From assembly GCA_046538485.1 (NCBI GenBank), contig JBKHIT010000015.1, positions 19,926 to 83,925 of the forward strand: a stretch of 64,000 bases of DNA, given 5' to 3'. Position numbers and translations under genes: made by a program. This DNA is from Candidatus Brocadiia bacterium (lineage in GTDB: Bacteria > Planctomycetota > Brocadiia > SM23-32). The notes below the pieces were generated by a model. The model did no database searches and was not told where the DNA came from. It was given only the letters and a program-made list of their open reading frames with translations. Shown piece after piece: positions 43,914 through 54,192 of this stretch. Within the stretch, counting starts at the first letter, position 1, and each line of letters starts with the position of its first letter.

Positions 43914-44771
43914 CTATTCAGTTGCTTCCGTTTCCGCTCCTCCGGAAAATACAACACGTCCCCACCGTTTCACGCCATGATGATGCCACGCACTGTATGC
44001 GGGGGACCAAACGTGGTAGCGTTTCTCCAGAGTGCAGTTCTGAACCACAAGCTGCACACGCCATATTTCTCCGGGTGAGGGATGAGCTTTTGGTTTTGGC
44101 CGTGGGCCGTCCGTGTACGGCATCATAAGGGCTTTGTAGGGCAATGCCATCTCAACAACCCATTTTTTGTCCGTGTCTTCGGGATCGTTGATTGTTCCGT
44201 AGATTTTAACGGCACTGTTATAATCGGAGAGATTAAACTTTTTCATAAAAACCAATCCGAAACGCGTGCGACTGTGAAGCGGACTATATTCGGGGGGCCG
44301 AATGATGAAAAGATCGTTGAAAGTATTCCAGGGATTGATGTGCAGCTCGAAAAAATGGTGATCATCTCCATTGATGTCGAGAAAAACTTCGACCACGTCG
44401 TTCGGACAGACAATGTTGCCAATGTCCCGTATTTTTCCCTCGCCTCTGATGTCGGTGTCCGGAACCTCAAACGCGATATAAAAATTCTTTTTGTCCCAGC
44501 ACATGCGAGCAAAACCAGGAACGGGGTCAGCCAGGTGACTGGAAGTTCTCATACAGCGGATGGGCACGCGCTCTGCTTGCTGCCAGCTTTCTTCCCGCAG
44601 TTCGCCGTCCACCGTAATTGCATCGGTGGCCAAAAGACATGTATAACGCTCCACCGGCAAAAGTGTTTCCGCTTCGGTTTCCGCAGTATCTGCGTTTTTT
44701 TCGACGGGAACGCTGCACCCCAACACCAATACGAGACAAAAAACCAAAACAAGTGACCGCGCTTTTCTCAA
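43914..44771 (-). CDS. Carbohydrate-binding family 9-like lipoprotein
   Basis: Lipobox LVLGC; ITVDGELREESWQQA, WDKKNFYIAF, DVVEVFLD and WVVEMALPY. Confidence 0.8.
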   Translation of the reverse strand: MRKARSLVLVFCLVLVLGCSVPVEKNADTAETEAETLLPVERYTCLLATDAITVDGELREESWQQAERVPIRCMRTSSHLADPVPGFARMCWDKKNFYIAFEVPDTDIRGEGKIRDIGNIVCPNDVVEVFLDINGDDHHFFELHINPWNTFNDLFIIRPPEYSPLHSRTRFGLVFMKKFNLSDYNSAVKIYGTINDPEDTDKKWVVEMALPYKALMMPYTDGPRPKPKAHPSPGEIWRVQLVVQNCTLEKRYHVWSPAYSAWHHHGVKRWGRVVFSGGAETEATE

Positions 44772-45055
44772 TTCTTATCTCCTTTCTGGTGTCAAATATC
44801 CGGCTCTCATGGTACTCTCTTCGCCCCTGATGTCAAAGGCGCCGTTTGACAGAGCACCGATTTGCGGTGCAGTATGGATGTTTTAACCAGGTTGGATTCT
44901 CGCAAAGCTTTTTCGGAAATAGCATCGATACAGGCGTTCATATCTTATATGCGGGCTATCGTCCGATGACGGGAAAAGGGGAGAATCGGACACTGGGCAA
45001 AAAAGTGGATGGCCTGAGCGGCCATTAATACTTCATTCGAATAAAGGAGAAATTA

Positions 45056-45742
45056 TTGGAATTGTCGGAACCGCTTCATAATTGGAACGTGTCCTATGAA
45101 AGGGCCCGCAAGATTCAGGAGGATCTTGCCGGATGCGTTAAACAGGTGCCTTTGCCTGACGATATTAAAATCGTGGCCGGGGCGGATATGTCATTCAGCA
45201 AAAAAGCGAAGAAGTTTTTTGCCGGCGTTGTGGTTATGAAATATCCGGAGATGGAGGCCATCGAAGAAAAATCGTCGGTCGCTGACGCGGCAATTCCCTA
45301 CATCCCGGGATTGCTGACTTTTCGCGAGGGCCCGGCCGTTATATCCGCACTTGAAAGGATACAACATACACCGGACGTGGTTATCTTTGATGGTCAGGGC
45401 ATCGCTCATCCTCGTCGGATGGGGTTAGGAGCTCATTTGGGGCTCTGGCTCGATATGCCCACGGTTGGGTGTGCCAAAAGCCGACTTGTCGGCGAATACG
45501 AGATGCCGGGTGAGGAGAAAGGAGAATGGGAACCGCTTTACGATGAGGGTGAACGTATTGGGTCAGTTCTTCGAACCCGCAGGTCAGTGAAACCCGTTTT
45601 CGTGAGCCCCGGTCATTTGTGTGATCACAAGGGAGCACGCGAGCTGGTGCTGGATTGTGCTATCAAATACCGGTTACCCGAGCCGACTCGTCAGGCAGAC
45701 CACCTCGTGGCGCGGGTCAAAAAGAAATTTTTGGGGCAGTAA
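45056..45742 (+). CDS. nfi: Endonuclease V (deoxyinosine 3' endonuclease)
   Basis: VAGADMS, PYIPGLLTFREGP, DGQGIAHPRRMG, GCAKSRL, PVFVSPGH and YRLPEPTRQAD. Confidence 0.96.
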   Translation: MELSEPLHNWNVSYERARKIQEDLAGCVKQVPLPDDIKIVAGADMSFSKKAKKFFAGVVVMKYPEMEAIEEKSSVADAAIPYIPGLLTFREGPAVISALERIQHTPDVVIFDGQGIAHPRRMGLGAHLGLWLDMPTVGCAKSRLVGEYEMPGEEKGEWEPLYDEGERIGSVLRTRRSVKPVFVSPGHLCDHKGARELVLDCAIKYRLPEPTRQADHLVARVKKKFLGQ

Positions 45743-45752
45743 CCCGTGTTCG

Positions 45753-46784
45753 TTAAGGTTCTTTTTCGGCTCGTATTTTTTTAACATCTTCTTCGCTCAG
45801 TGCGCGGACGTCCGGACTGCCTGTTTTGGGGTTGACATGCGGAATGTAGGGATTTTTTACGGTGAAAACGTGACCGTCCTCGCCGATCATGGCATAGAAG
45901 GCCCGTTTGTTACCACAATTTGGGCATCGAACGGGTAATTCTTTGGCCCATTTGACCTTGTTAATCTTTCCGCAATGTTTGCACTTTACGTACATCTTCG
46001 GCACGTTCTCGGCCGTTTGCCAGCGCCAGATGCCCATCGCAGCGAGGAAGAGAACGGCGACAATATAAATGTTCCGGGCTCGTGGATTGCGGTAGGAAAT
46101 AGATTTCAGCAACTTTTCGCCACGCGTTTTTTTTGTTGGTTTAATAACCAGTTCTTCGACAATTTTGAGCGCGCCGCGGCCCCGTTGTTTGATCTGATTG
46201 AGGATGCGTAGCATTTCGCTTTCACCGAGAACGCGTTTTTCAACCAGCAGCTGGCAGAGCGGCGGCACTTCGTGGTACTTCATTGCGGCTTTACTTTGCG
46301 CTTTGTGAATTTTTTCGACTCGTTCCTGGTCGACCTCGGCCGTTTCCCTCAGGATTTGGATGAACCTTCCGTCTTCTTCGTTCGGCCGGGGAATGCACAT
46401 AAACTCCAGCAGACGGATGGCTTGTTCTTTCGTTATCCACCCTTCATTAATAAAAATTTCATGGATTGGTGTGGGGTCTTCGCCGTGCTGAATCATACGA
46501 TTTTGTTTAATAAAGCCAATTTCGTACTGGTGCGGCGTGATAAGCCCACTCCATTTAGCCCACTGCGAATAACGAATGTCGGCTGGAGCATATCCTTCGC
46601 TCCGATCAGCAACGTAATAATCAACTGCACCTCCCGGTGCCACCTCGGGTTTTACGTGCCCGCTACTGCATTTTGGGCACTCGAGTCCTTCCCGCCATTT
46701 TGTGGCGCGGAAAAGACTGCCACACTCTTCGCATCGAACAGCCACTGCGTCTTGAATACCTATCTTTTGTGATTCGTCAGGCAT
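45753..46784 (-). CDS. Single-pass membrane protein with two zinc ribbons and degenerate MshEN-like repeats
   Basis: N-terminal CEEC...CPKC; four 24-residue repeats spaced like RLGxxLLxxGLIxxxxLxxxLxxQ; TM IYIVAVLFLAAMGIW; C-terminal CKHC...CPNC. Confidence 0.65.
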   Translation of the reverse strand: MPDESQKIGIQDAVAVRCEECGSLFRATKWREGLECPKCSSGHVKPEVAPGGAVDYYVADRSEGYAPADIRYSQWAKWSGLITPHQYEIGFIKQNRMIQHGEDPTPIHEIFINEGWITKEQAIRLLEFMCIPRPNEEDGRFIQILRETAEVDQERVEKIHKAQSKAAMKYHEVPPLCQLLVEKRVLGESEMLRILNQIKQRGRGALKIVEELVIKPTKKTRGEKLLKSISYRNPRARNIYIVAVLFLAAMGIWRWQTAENVPKMYVKCKHCGKINKVKWAKELPVRCPNCGNKRAFYAMIGEDGHVFTVKNPYIPHVNPKTGSPDVRALSEEDVKKIRAEKEP

Positions 46785-46805
46785 CTTATTCTCGAAAAAA
46801 TGCGC

Positions 46806-47738
46806 TTATTCGACTTCTTCCGATCCCCACTCTCCCGAATTTTGATTCCACACCAAATCGGCATAGGCATGAACATCTTTTACGGTAGTGGAGGTCACTT
46901 TTAGATTGGCTTTCTCTGCAATTTTGTTTAATAGCCGAACCAGATTCTGAAGCCGTTCCAGATGTGGATCTTCTTTCGAACCCCAGCCTATCGCATTGTG
47001 GGTTGTGAAAACAAGAGTTCGAGTATCAATATTTTCTTGTTCCATATGATCCAGATAAGACCGAATTAATTCCTCAGCGTGATCATTGATATAAGGCTGT
47101 TCTATACGGAGATGGGGCGGTGTATACATCTCGGCACTGGGGTCTCCGCGCGCTTCGAAATCGCTGCTCACGGGAACTTCAAAGAATTCCATGGTCCCGG
47201 CCAATTTGCGGTCGAGGGGATCAGTGTGGTGAGCAAAAGGAAAAGCTTTTTGCCACAGGGAACATTGTTCCGGATCGACGCGACCTGGCAGGGAACAGCT
47301 CCCCTGGCTAAAACCTTCGAGACACAGAACCTGGTAGGTATAATCGTTAACGCTGAAAAATCCCGGACGAAAAGTTTGAGGACTTTCATCCAATTCCTGG
47401 CTCCATTGCTCAGCGCCAACCTGGATAATTTCCCGTTGACGATCGAAACTATAGGATCCCAGATAACTCTGATATCCACAGAGCTGGGGATGACATAACA
47501 TCCCGATTTCCGCCGTTTCGGGATCGAAATCCTCAATAATGTGTCGCAATCGGTTCAGGGCCCCGGGAGCAACAAAAAAGGTTCCATGAAGCTCGCAATC
47601 TATGAGGCCTTCGTGGAAGCTGCGTATTGACTCCTCCGCATCTTCCCAGCTGTCCGGGCCTGGAATAGCCTCCGGACCGTGCGGGGGGACACAGTCCATT
47701 GTGAAAACCACATGCAGTATTTGATTGTCTTGTGACAT
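46806..47738 (-). CDS. Polysaccharide deacetylase-like (NodB/CE4 fold) protein
   Basis: VVFTMDC, GTFFV, EIGMLCHP, TFRPG and EVPVS motifs. One expected metal-ligand His appears replaced. Confidence 0.65.
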   Translation of the reverse strand: MSQDNQILHVVFTMDCVPPHGPEAIPGPDSWEDAEESIRSFHEGLIDCELHGTFFVAPGALNRLRHIIEDFDPETAEIGMLCHPQLCGYQSYLGSYSFDRQREIIQVGAEQWSQELDESPQTFRPGFFSVNDYTYQVLCLEGFSQGSCSLPGRVDPEQCSLWQKAFPFAHHTDPLDRKLAGTMEFFEVPVSSDFEARGDPSAEMYTPPHLRIEQPYINDHAEELIRSYLDHMEQENIDTRTLVFTTHNAIGWGSKEDPHLERLQNLVRLLNKIAEKANLKVTSTTVKDVHAYADLVWNQNSGEWGSEEVE

Positions 47739-47894
47739 TTTGAATGAACCCTGCGTAAGATCGCGCAAGTAATATCTTTGCAGACGATCCTCTCTTATTT
47801 CAGTCTACGAAAGGCGGCCTCATAACGCAAACACTGAATTGGAACGCAGCTTCCGGTGGATTATTGCGCGTGCATTTTTTCAGAAGCCCGAGTA

Positions 47895-48683
47895 CTAATA
47901 CATTTCGAGGATGGCTTGTCTGACTTTTCCGAAATCTCGGACTTCATTCTTGGAAAGGTTCGCCAGAAACTGCGTTTTATCCTCCCATTTATCGTGAAAA
48001 TCCCCGCCGCTGACCCCAAGCTGGTGTGCAATGCGTTCGGACAGTTCGTTGGTCTCCATATGTTGTTCAAAATGGTCGTCCCCTTTTTGCCACTCGTAAA
48101 TTTGCTCCATTGTGTCCCCAAACCGATAAAAAATGCTGGTCACGCGATGCATGCGTCTTGTGCCGCGAAATATGCGAATGAACAATTCCATTTCTATGCC
48201 CGAAATGTCTTCTTGGGCTACGCCGCAATCCCGGAGGATGGATTCTGTTTGCCGGGGATCGTCTGCGTGGAGACAGGTAACCCGCCGACATCCTTCGCCG
48301 CGAGCGGCGAAAAAACGACGTGCCGTTTCTCCCCAGATATAAGCAAACCAGGGTCCCTGGCCTATCTCGTGTGCCAGAAGACAATACGGGTTTTCGAGTT
48401 TTCCGTTGACGGCATGCCGAACCACTTCTGGCTCGCTTGCAGTTACGATCCGTTCGCCGGGCGGGAGAAAAGCCAGCAAACCGGCGAGGAGAGTTGTCTT
48501 ACCGGCGCCTCCGGGCACAGCTCCCGTCAGATAACTCGTTCCCGCTTCAATTAAATTCCAACTGAGTGCTGCCATGGAAGCGGTAAGTGTATTGTCCTGT
48601 ATCAGGTCGATTACGCTGAGACAACGTCCTCCTCGTTGGTTTGTGCGCTGTATTTCCGAGAGATTGTGTTCTTCAATATCCAT
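47895..48683 (-). CDS. Stand-alone VirB11/TadA/FlaI-like P-loop ATPase domain
   Basis: LSVIDLIQDNTLTASMAALSWNLIE, Walker A GGAGKTTLL, LPPGERIVT, Walker-B-like LLAHEIG and His box TCLHADD; only 262 aa. Confidence 0.7.
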   Translation of the reverse strand: MDIEEHNLSEIQRTNQRGGRCLSVIDLIQDNTLTASMAALSWNLIEAGTSYLTGAVPGGAGKTTLLAGLLAFLPPGERIVTASEPEVVRHAVNGKLENPYCLLAHEIGQGPWFAYIWGETARRFFAARGEGCRRVTCLHADDPRQTESILRDCGVAQEDISGIEMELFIRIFRGTRRMHRVTSIFYRFGDTMEQIYEWQKGDDHFEQHMETNELSERIAHQLGVSGGDFHDKWEDKTQFLANLSKNEVRDFGKVRQAILEMY

Positions 48684-48995
48684 TCTTTGTCCTGTATATT
48701 ATTCTTGTAAATTTGAACGGGCCTGGCGACGAGTGCGTGCGGATATTCTTCAAACTTCCCGGTATGCCGAGCAAGATAGAATACCCTAACACGAGAAAGC
48801 ACTGTGTGAAAACGAAAGCTTTTCTGAAAATCAGACAGTACATTATGGGGTCTATCTGGCTTTGGAATTTGGGCGTCTGCAATTTGTGAGATAGAACTTT
48901 GCAGGGATTTGAGGGAAAATCACGGTTTTTGCGTCGGGCGCAACTACGGCGGGAAACGGCAGATATGGGGTACTTTTTACATTATGGGCTGAAAT

Positions 48996-51869
48996 ATGGT
49001 AAAAAAGGCTGTCTTCAATGCGAAGTCAGATTCCCGCGCCTCGGTTGTTTACAGGGTACTATTCATGCGCAGGACGAACCCGAGAGATGGTAGTTTGACC
49101 TTGAATTTAGTAGGGGGAGTCTGGCTTCTCTGTTTTTTACTGGCAGCGCCCCGTTTTGGCCTGGCAGGTCAACATGCCAAAGTCCAAATCCCATTTGTCC
49201 AAAAAGGTATGCCGATCATCGTGCGAGACAATGGGGATGTGCTATCCTGGGATACCCCGGATTTAAAGGTGCTAATCCTGACGAAAGGGGGCGAATTTCG
49301 ACAGGGGACAACGCGTTTCTCTGGTAGTGGAATTGTGGTATGGCTCCACAAACGGGAGGTGGTGCAGGCCGCGACCCCGATCACGCGGGTGGAAGTTTAC
49401 GTGGAAGGTGCAGGCGAACCGGGCAGTGAAGCTTCAAAACCGGCCTGCCTTATTGGTGACGGCGAAGTTCAGAGCGCCTCGGCATTTTATCTCAGCGTTA
49501 GAACGAATGTGGGATTGGCCTGGGCTGCAGAGAAAAAAGCTATTGAAAAACCGGAAACGATCGCTCTTTACAGACGTGCTGCAAAAGCCCGGGCACTGGG
49601 ATCCGATGCTGTTGCTCTGGAAAAGATTCCACGGGTTGAAACTCCCGGCAAAGCTCCGGTGGAATGGCCGGTAAAAGCGGTGGAACAACACGTTTTTTAT
49701 GATGAAGAGAAAGGCACAATAACGGGTGTGTTTCTCGGGGATGTGCGGGTTTCCTATGGCAACGTCGTGATCCGGGCGGATTCCAGCGTAGTTTGGAAAC
49801 GGGAAGACAAATCCGATTTTGAGATTTATGCATCGGGAAACGTCCTTCTGCGCCGGAAAGAAAAAAAGCCAGGAGCCGATTCGGGTGAAGACGAGCTTGG
49901 GTTGGGCCAGTTTGAGACTTTCCGGGCGGATGAGATGTATATCAACACGGGACAGGAAAAAGCCCTGGCGGAGGGGGTTGAACTTCGGTTGGTACCGGAG
50001 GGCGCCAAGAATGAGCACGACATTTTCGTCGGCCGTGGGCGTCAGGTCTATGTAATGGACAGCCAAAATCTGCTGATAAAAGAAGGTGGTTTTACGACCT
50101 GTCCGTTTGCTCATCCGCATTATCAGGTTATTGCCGAGAAATTACGCGTGCTTCATCCAGGCTCGAGCGTTGTTGTTTCAGCCTGGAACACGGACCTTGT
50201 TGTTGGCGAAAACGAAACAAGGCTTTTCGGTCTTCCGTACACTGCTCAGGATCTGACGCGGGATGAGGGCTATTTGCTTTCGAGTGTCTCTCTTGGGACA
50301 AGCAGTCAGTTCGGATCTTACGTCCGAACTAAGTGGCGCCCGAGCCACGCGGGGGTTGGCGGAGAATGGATTGAGGATTGGATTCTTGAAGCAGATTATT
50401 TTGGAGATCGGGGTCCGGCTGGGGGATCACAGCTGGAATACGGTTCTGAAAACCAGGAGCTGTCGCATACCGGAAACATGAACATGTTCTGGGTCCATGA
50501 TCGGGCCGACGAAGATTCTTCCGGCGAACCGATTGAGAAACCACACCGTGGGCGTTTTTACTGGCAGCACCGCACAAAATGGTCCAAAAAATGGCGGACG
50601 GATTTTGAATTCCACTATCTGTCCGATTCCGGATTTCTTGAAGAGTACTTCGAATACGAATTCGATCACAAAAAACCTCCGGAAAGTTATATATTTACAC
50701 GATACGCGGACGGGCATCTTTGGGCGGGCTTAACAGCAAAGAAACGGGTCAATCATTTTCTGACTCAGCTCGAAGAACTTCCGTCTTTGGAACTCGAGTG
50801 GATCGGGGTGCCAATCGCGGGAATGCTCTACGACGCGGTAGTGGAATTGGGGAATTACAAACTTGCCGTCAGCGACGAGCTGGCTATACCTGAACCGCCG
50901 GACGTTAATCGAGCTCATACAGAGCATATGGTTTCCCTCCCATTTAGAATCGGGATTTTAAAAGTCGATCCATTCTTGCGAGTCCTGGCAACCTGGGCCG
51001 ATAAGGGAGCTCTGGAAAATGGTTCCTGGTCGGGAACTGTCGGGAGAGTAGGGGGAGGAGGAGGAATCGGTCTCAGCACGCAGTTCCACCGCTCGATGAA
51101 CGTGAAAAACAAATTCCTCGGCATCAACCGACTGCGTCATATCCTGCAGCCTTTTGTCGAGGCGGAGGCGTTGGAGTCGAGCGAGGATTCGGCAGAGTTT
51201 ATTCAACTGGGCGGTTATGATCCCTGGCCCCGGAGGGGACACGGGCCGCGGGTGCGGGAAGATACCATCGATGCAATCGATGATAATGCGATAGTTCGGG
51301 TTGGTTTCAGGCAAAGATTGCAGACGAAACGGAGTGCGGCAGGTGCTGAAATCCCTCGCATTGTCGACTGGCTTGAATTGGATGTGGCCTATGTGGACAG
51401 ATCCAGCGATTCAGTCCGTGTGGGCAATGACGACGATTACCTGACGGCTGATATGGACTGGAGAATCCACCCGAATTTGACGCTTTTTTCTCACGATAAC
51501 CGGATTAGTCTTGATGATGATGGCATCGATGTTGTCAACGCGGGATCGAAATTGGATCTCAGCCCGGCGGCCAGTTTCAGCGTCGAGTACGATCGAGTAG
51601 AAAATCTTAGCTCAAGCCTGGCGGCTACACTCAGGGCAAAGCTCAGCGATCGCTATAGAATGCGGGTCAGTGAACGGTACGAATTCGATGTTGATGGAAG
51701 TGGCGATGACGACAACATGGAAACCAAAGTTGTCATCCAGCGCATATTCCACAAATGGGTGCTGGACCTGGGGTATCGATTTGATGAGGCCGATGATGAG
51801 AGTGAGTTTCTTCTTGGTTTCTCTCTGACAGGGGGCGGTTTCGATCATTTGACTGGCGGGAGCAGATAA
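48996..51869 (+). CDS. lptD: LptD/OstA-like outer-membrane LPS assembly protein
   Basis: FTTCPFAHPHY motif, GTSSQFGSY, YLSDSGFLEEYF, LEELPSL, RLRHILQP and GFRQRLQTKR. The true start may be downstream (e.g. TTG49095). Confidence 0.7.
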   Translation: MVKKAVFNAKSDSRASVVYRVLFMRRTNPRDGSLTLNLVGGVWLLCFLLAAPRFGLAGQHAKVQIPFVQKGMPIIVRDNGDVLSWDTPDLKVLILTKGGEFRQGTTRFSGSGIVVWLHKREVVQAATPITRVEVYVEGAGEPGSEASKPACLIGDGEVQSASAFYLSVRTNVGLAWAAEKKAIEKPETIALYRRAAKARALGSDAVALEKIPRVETPGKAPVEWPVKAVEQHVFYDEEKGTITGVFLGDVRVSYGNVVIRADSSVVWKREDKSDFEIYASGNVLLRRKEKKPGADSGEDELGLGQFETFRADEMYINTGQEKALAEGVELRLVPEGAKNEHDIFVGRGRQVYVMDSQNLLIKEGGFTTCPFAHPHYQVIAEKLRVLHPGSSVVVSAWNTDLVVGENETRLFGLPYTAQDLTRDEGYLLSSVSLGTSSQFGSYVRTKWRPSHAGVGGEWIEDWILEADYFGDRGPAGGSQLEYGSENQELSHTGNMNMFWVHDRADEDSSGEPIEKPHRGRFYWQHRTKWSKKWRTDFEFHYLSDSGFLEEYFEYEFDHKKPPESYIFTRYADGHLWAGLTAKKRVNHFLTQLEELPSLELEWIGVPIAGMLYDAVVELGNYKLAVSDELAIPEPPDVNRAHTEHMVSLPFRIGILKVDPFLRVLATWADKGALENGSWSGTVGRVGGGGGIGLSTQFHRSMNVKNKFLGINRLRHILQPFVEAEALESSEDSAEFIQLGGYDPWPRRGHGPRVREDTIDAIDDNAIVRVGFRQRLQTKRSAAGAEIPRIVDWLELDVAYVDRSSDSVRVGNDDDYLTADMDWRIHPNLTLFSHDNRISLDDDGIDVVNAGSKLDLSPAASFSVEYDRVENLSSSLAATLRAKLSDRYRMRVSERYEFDVDGSGDDDNMETKVVIQRIFHKWVLDLGYRFDEADDESEFLLGFSLTGGGFDHLTGGSR

Positions 51870-52094
51870 GTTTCTTCACAGTTGTTTCCTCACCTGTCAG
51901 GGTGTATCATTCAGAAGGCGATCAGGGATCTACTCACGTGATATTATCTCTGCAGGTTTAAAAAAACACTCCCGTGCGTGGGAAGTGGTAACTCAAACAA
52001 TCAGAAGATGTTTGGACGCAACTGGCAGAGATGGGACCGACTGAACGGACCGATTAACAGGGACTTTGAGCGAATCGAAAGCTCAGATTTGCGT

Positions 52095-53366
52095 ATGAAT
52101 AACGACACGCCATTTCGAGCTCCGGAATCTGATATCTGGAGCGTGAGCGAGATTACAACAAAGATTCAAAATGTCCTTGAGAACTCTTTCTCTGACGTTT
52201 GGGTGCAGGGGGAAATATCCGAGTTTACGCGCGCATCGTCTGGCCATATCTACCTTTCGCTGAAAGATGAAGAAGCTGTCCTCCGGGGGATTATCTGGCG
52301 TTCCCTTGCATCAAGAATCAAGTTCAATCTCGAGGAGGGACTGGAGATCGTGGCCCGGGGGAATATTGACGTCTACCCACCTCGGGGCCGCTACCAATTA
52401 ATCATAAGAGAGCTTCAGCCGAAAGGCGTCGGAGAGCTGCAGCTGGCATTCAAACAATTGCTCGATCGGTTGGAGAAAGAGGGCCTTTTTGCTGAGGAGC
52501 ACAAAAAGCCGCTCCCTTGTTACCCTGAGAAAATAGGAATAATTACAAGTCCCACGGGGGCGGCAGTTCGTGATATGATCCGTGTGATCGAGAGAAGATG
52601 GGCTCCTGCAGATATTTACCTTCTACCCCGAAGAGTACAGGGCGAAGGTGCTGCCGAGGAAATAGCAGCCGGCCTTTTTGTCTTGAATGATCTTCGGGGA
52701 GATCTGGATCTGATTATTATCGGACGAGGGGGTGGGAGTCTGGAGGACCTCTGGGCTTTCAATGAGGAAGTGCTGGCGCGAGCAATATTTGACAGTGAGA
52801 TACCTGTTGTAAGCGCCGTGGGGCACGAAGTTGATTTTACTATTTCTGATTTTGTGGCCGACATGCGAGTGGCTACACCAACTGAAGCCGGCGAACAAAC
52901 AGTGCCGGCAATGCCCGAGATTAAAGACCAGCTCCAAAACCTCGCCTGGCGCGCCGCACGCGCCCTGACTTCAAAAGGAGAACGCGCGCGCCAGCATCTG
53001 AAATCACTCGCTGGCACTCGTGCTTTGAGACATCCCGAAGATCTTATTGAAGACCGAGCGCAAAAAGCCGACGACCTTTTTCACCAGCTGAATTCTACCT
53101 TTTCTCATCAGCTTGAAATGTCGATGGAAAAAACCCGGGCGTTGGGAGGACGGCTTAACGCTTTAAGCCCCCTGAGAGTTCTGGAAAGAGGCTATAGCAT
53201 AACTTTTGATGAAGATGGAAATGTCCTGCGCTCCACGGAAAATATCAAGACAGAAGACATAATTCGTACGCAATTGCATGAAGGAACTATTCTCTCTCGT
53301 TTGTTTGAAACGAGGACTCGGGAAACCACAACCGACCAGGAAACCACTGAGCATGGGAAAACTTAA
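52095..53366 (+). CDS. xseA: Exodeoxyribonuclease VII large subunit
   Basis: VWVQGEIS, SGHIYLSLKD, ITSPTGAAVRD, GRGGGSLEDLWAFNEE, SAVGHEVD and LSPLRVLERGY. Confidence 0.96.
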   Translation: MNNDTPFRAPESDIWSVSEITTKIQNVLENSFSDVWVQGEISEFTRASSGHIYLSLKDEEAVLRGIIWRSLASRIKFNLEEGLEIVARGNIDVYPPRGRYQLIIRELQPKGVGELQLAFKQLLDRLEKEGLFAEEHKKPLPCYPEKIGIITSPTGAAVRDMIRVIERRWAPADIYLLPRRVQGEGAAEEIAAGLFVLNDLRGDLDLIIIGRGGGSLEDLWAFNEEVLARAIFDSEIPVVSAVGHEVDFTISDFVADMRVATPTEAGEQTVPAMPEIKDQLQNLAWRAARALTSKGERARQHLKSLAGTRALRHPEDLIEDRAQKADDLFHQLNSTFSHQLEMSMEKTRALGGRLNALSPLRVLERGYSITFDEDGNVLRSTENIKTEDIIRTQLHEGTILSRLFETRTRETTTDQETTEHGKT

Positions 53367-54192
53367 ACACATTTTGATTGCGATTCCAGTTCTGCTATTT
53401 CTTTTTAATGATGTTCCGTTGACAGCCAGTGAGGCGCCACCTTCTGGTAAAGGTTTTCCGACTATTCGAGTGGATGAGGAGGGACACCTTATTGTCGAAG
53501 ACCGCGAAAACAAGTTTAAACTCAGCTTGCCAGGACATTACTGGGAAGTGAAGAGCCCGGCACAAATTACCTCGGAAAGCAAACAACGGGGGGGGTGTGC
53601 CGGTGGTGGCAAAGTGCCGCCGGGTTTGCTCCTTGTGATGCGGAATAAGGACGCTCCTGTGGCCGCAAGCCTCGAAATTCGGCCCGAAAGATATCTTTTA
53701 CGTGGCAAAGAGGATCTGAAAGACTACATGGATTACCACCGGCAGATGATCCTCAAGCAGGGGAAAGATTCGGTCGAAGAAGAAGAGTCTACATTTGATC
53801 AAAAGGGCAGTATGATTGTACATAAAATGCGTTTTGTCGCATCGGGGCGGCGGGGCAAGCAAACCTACCAGCTTGTCCACTACTGTGTCCGTCCTAAAAA
53901 CGCAAAGGCCAGGACCTATCGGCTCGCGTGCGTGGGTTCAAAACCGGCTTTTGATAGATTGAAAGAAGAATTTGATCATATCGTCAGTAGTTTCCAGTAC
54001 ACGGGAGAAACCGCTGAATCATTCTTCACTCCGGGAGCCTCGCCCGAGGAAACACCGGATCAGGAGGATATCAGAACGCGCAACAGCACCTGCCCGGCTG
54101 GGGGAGGACAAATGGGTATGCTGGTGGCTATGGCCGGTGTGTTTTTGATATACATGTGGTGGCGTAAACGCAAGGAAGACACGGGCCTTTGA
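53353..54192 (+). CDS. Exported hypothetical protein with a C-terminal membrane anchor or sorting-like tail
   Basis: N-terminal signal (HILIAIPVLLFLF); C-terminus CPAGGGQMGMLVAMAGVFLIYMWWRKRK. Confidence 0.65.
   Translation: MGKLKHILIAIPVLLFLFNDVPLTASEAPPSGKGFPTIRVDEEGHLIVEDRENKFKLSLPGHYWEVKSPAQITSESKQRGGCAGGGKVPPGLLLVMRNKDAPVAASLEIRPERYLLRGKEDLKDYMDYHRQMILKQGKDSVEEEESTFDQKGSMIVHKMRFVASGRRGKQTYQLVHYCVRPKNAKARTYRLACVGSKPAFDRLKEEFDHIVSSFQYTGETAESFFTPGASPEETPDQEDIRTRNSTCPAGGGQMGMLVAMAGVFLIYMWWRKRKEDTGL

Noticed and set aside
52095..53366. xseA without an adjacent xseB
   Set aside because: The two genes are often unlinked, so this is uninformative in a single window.
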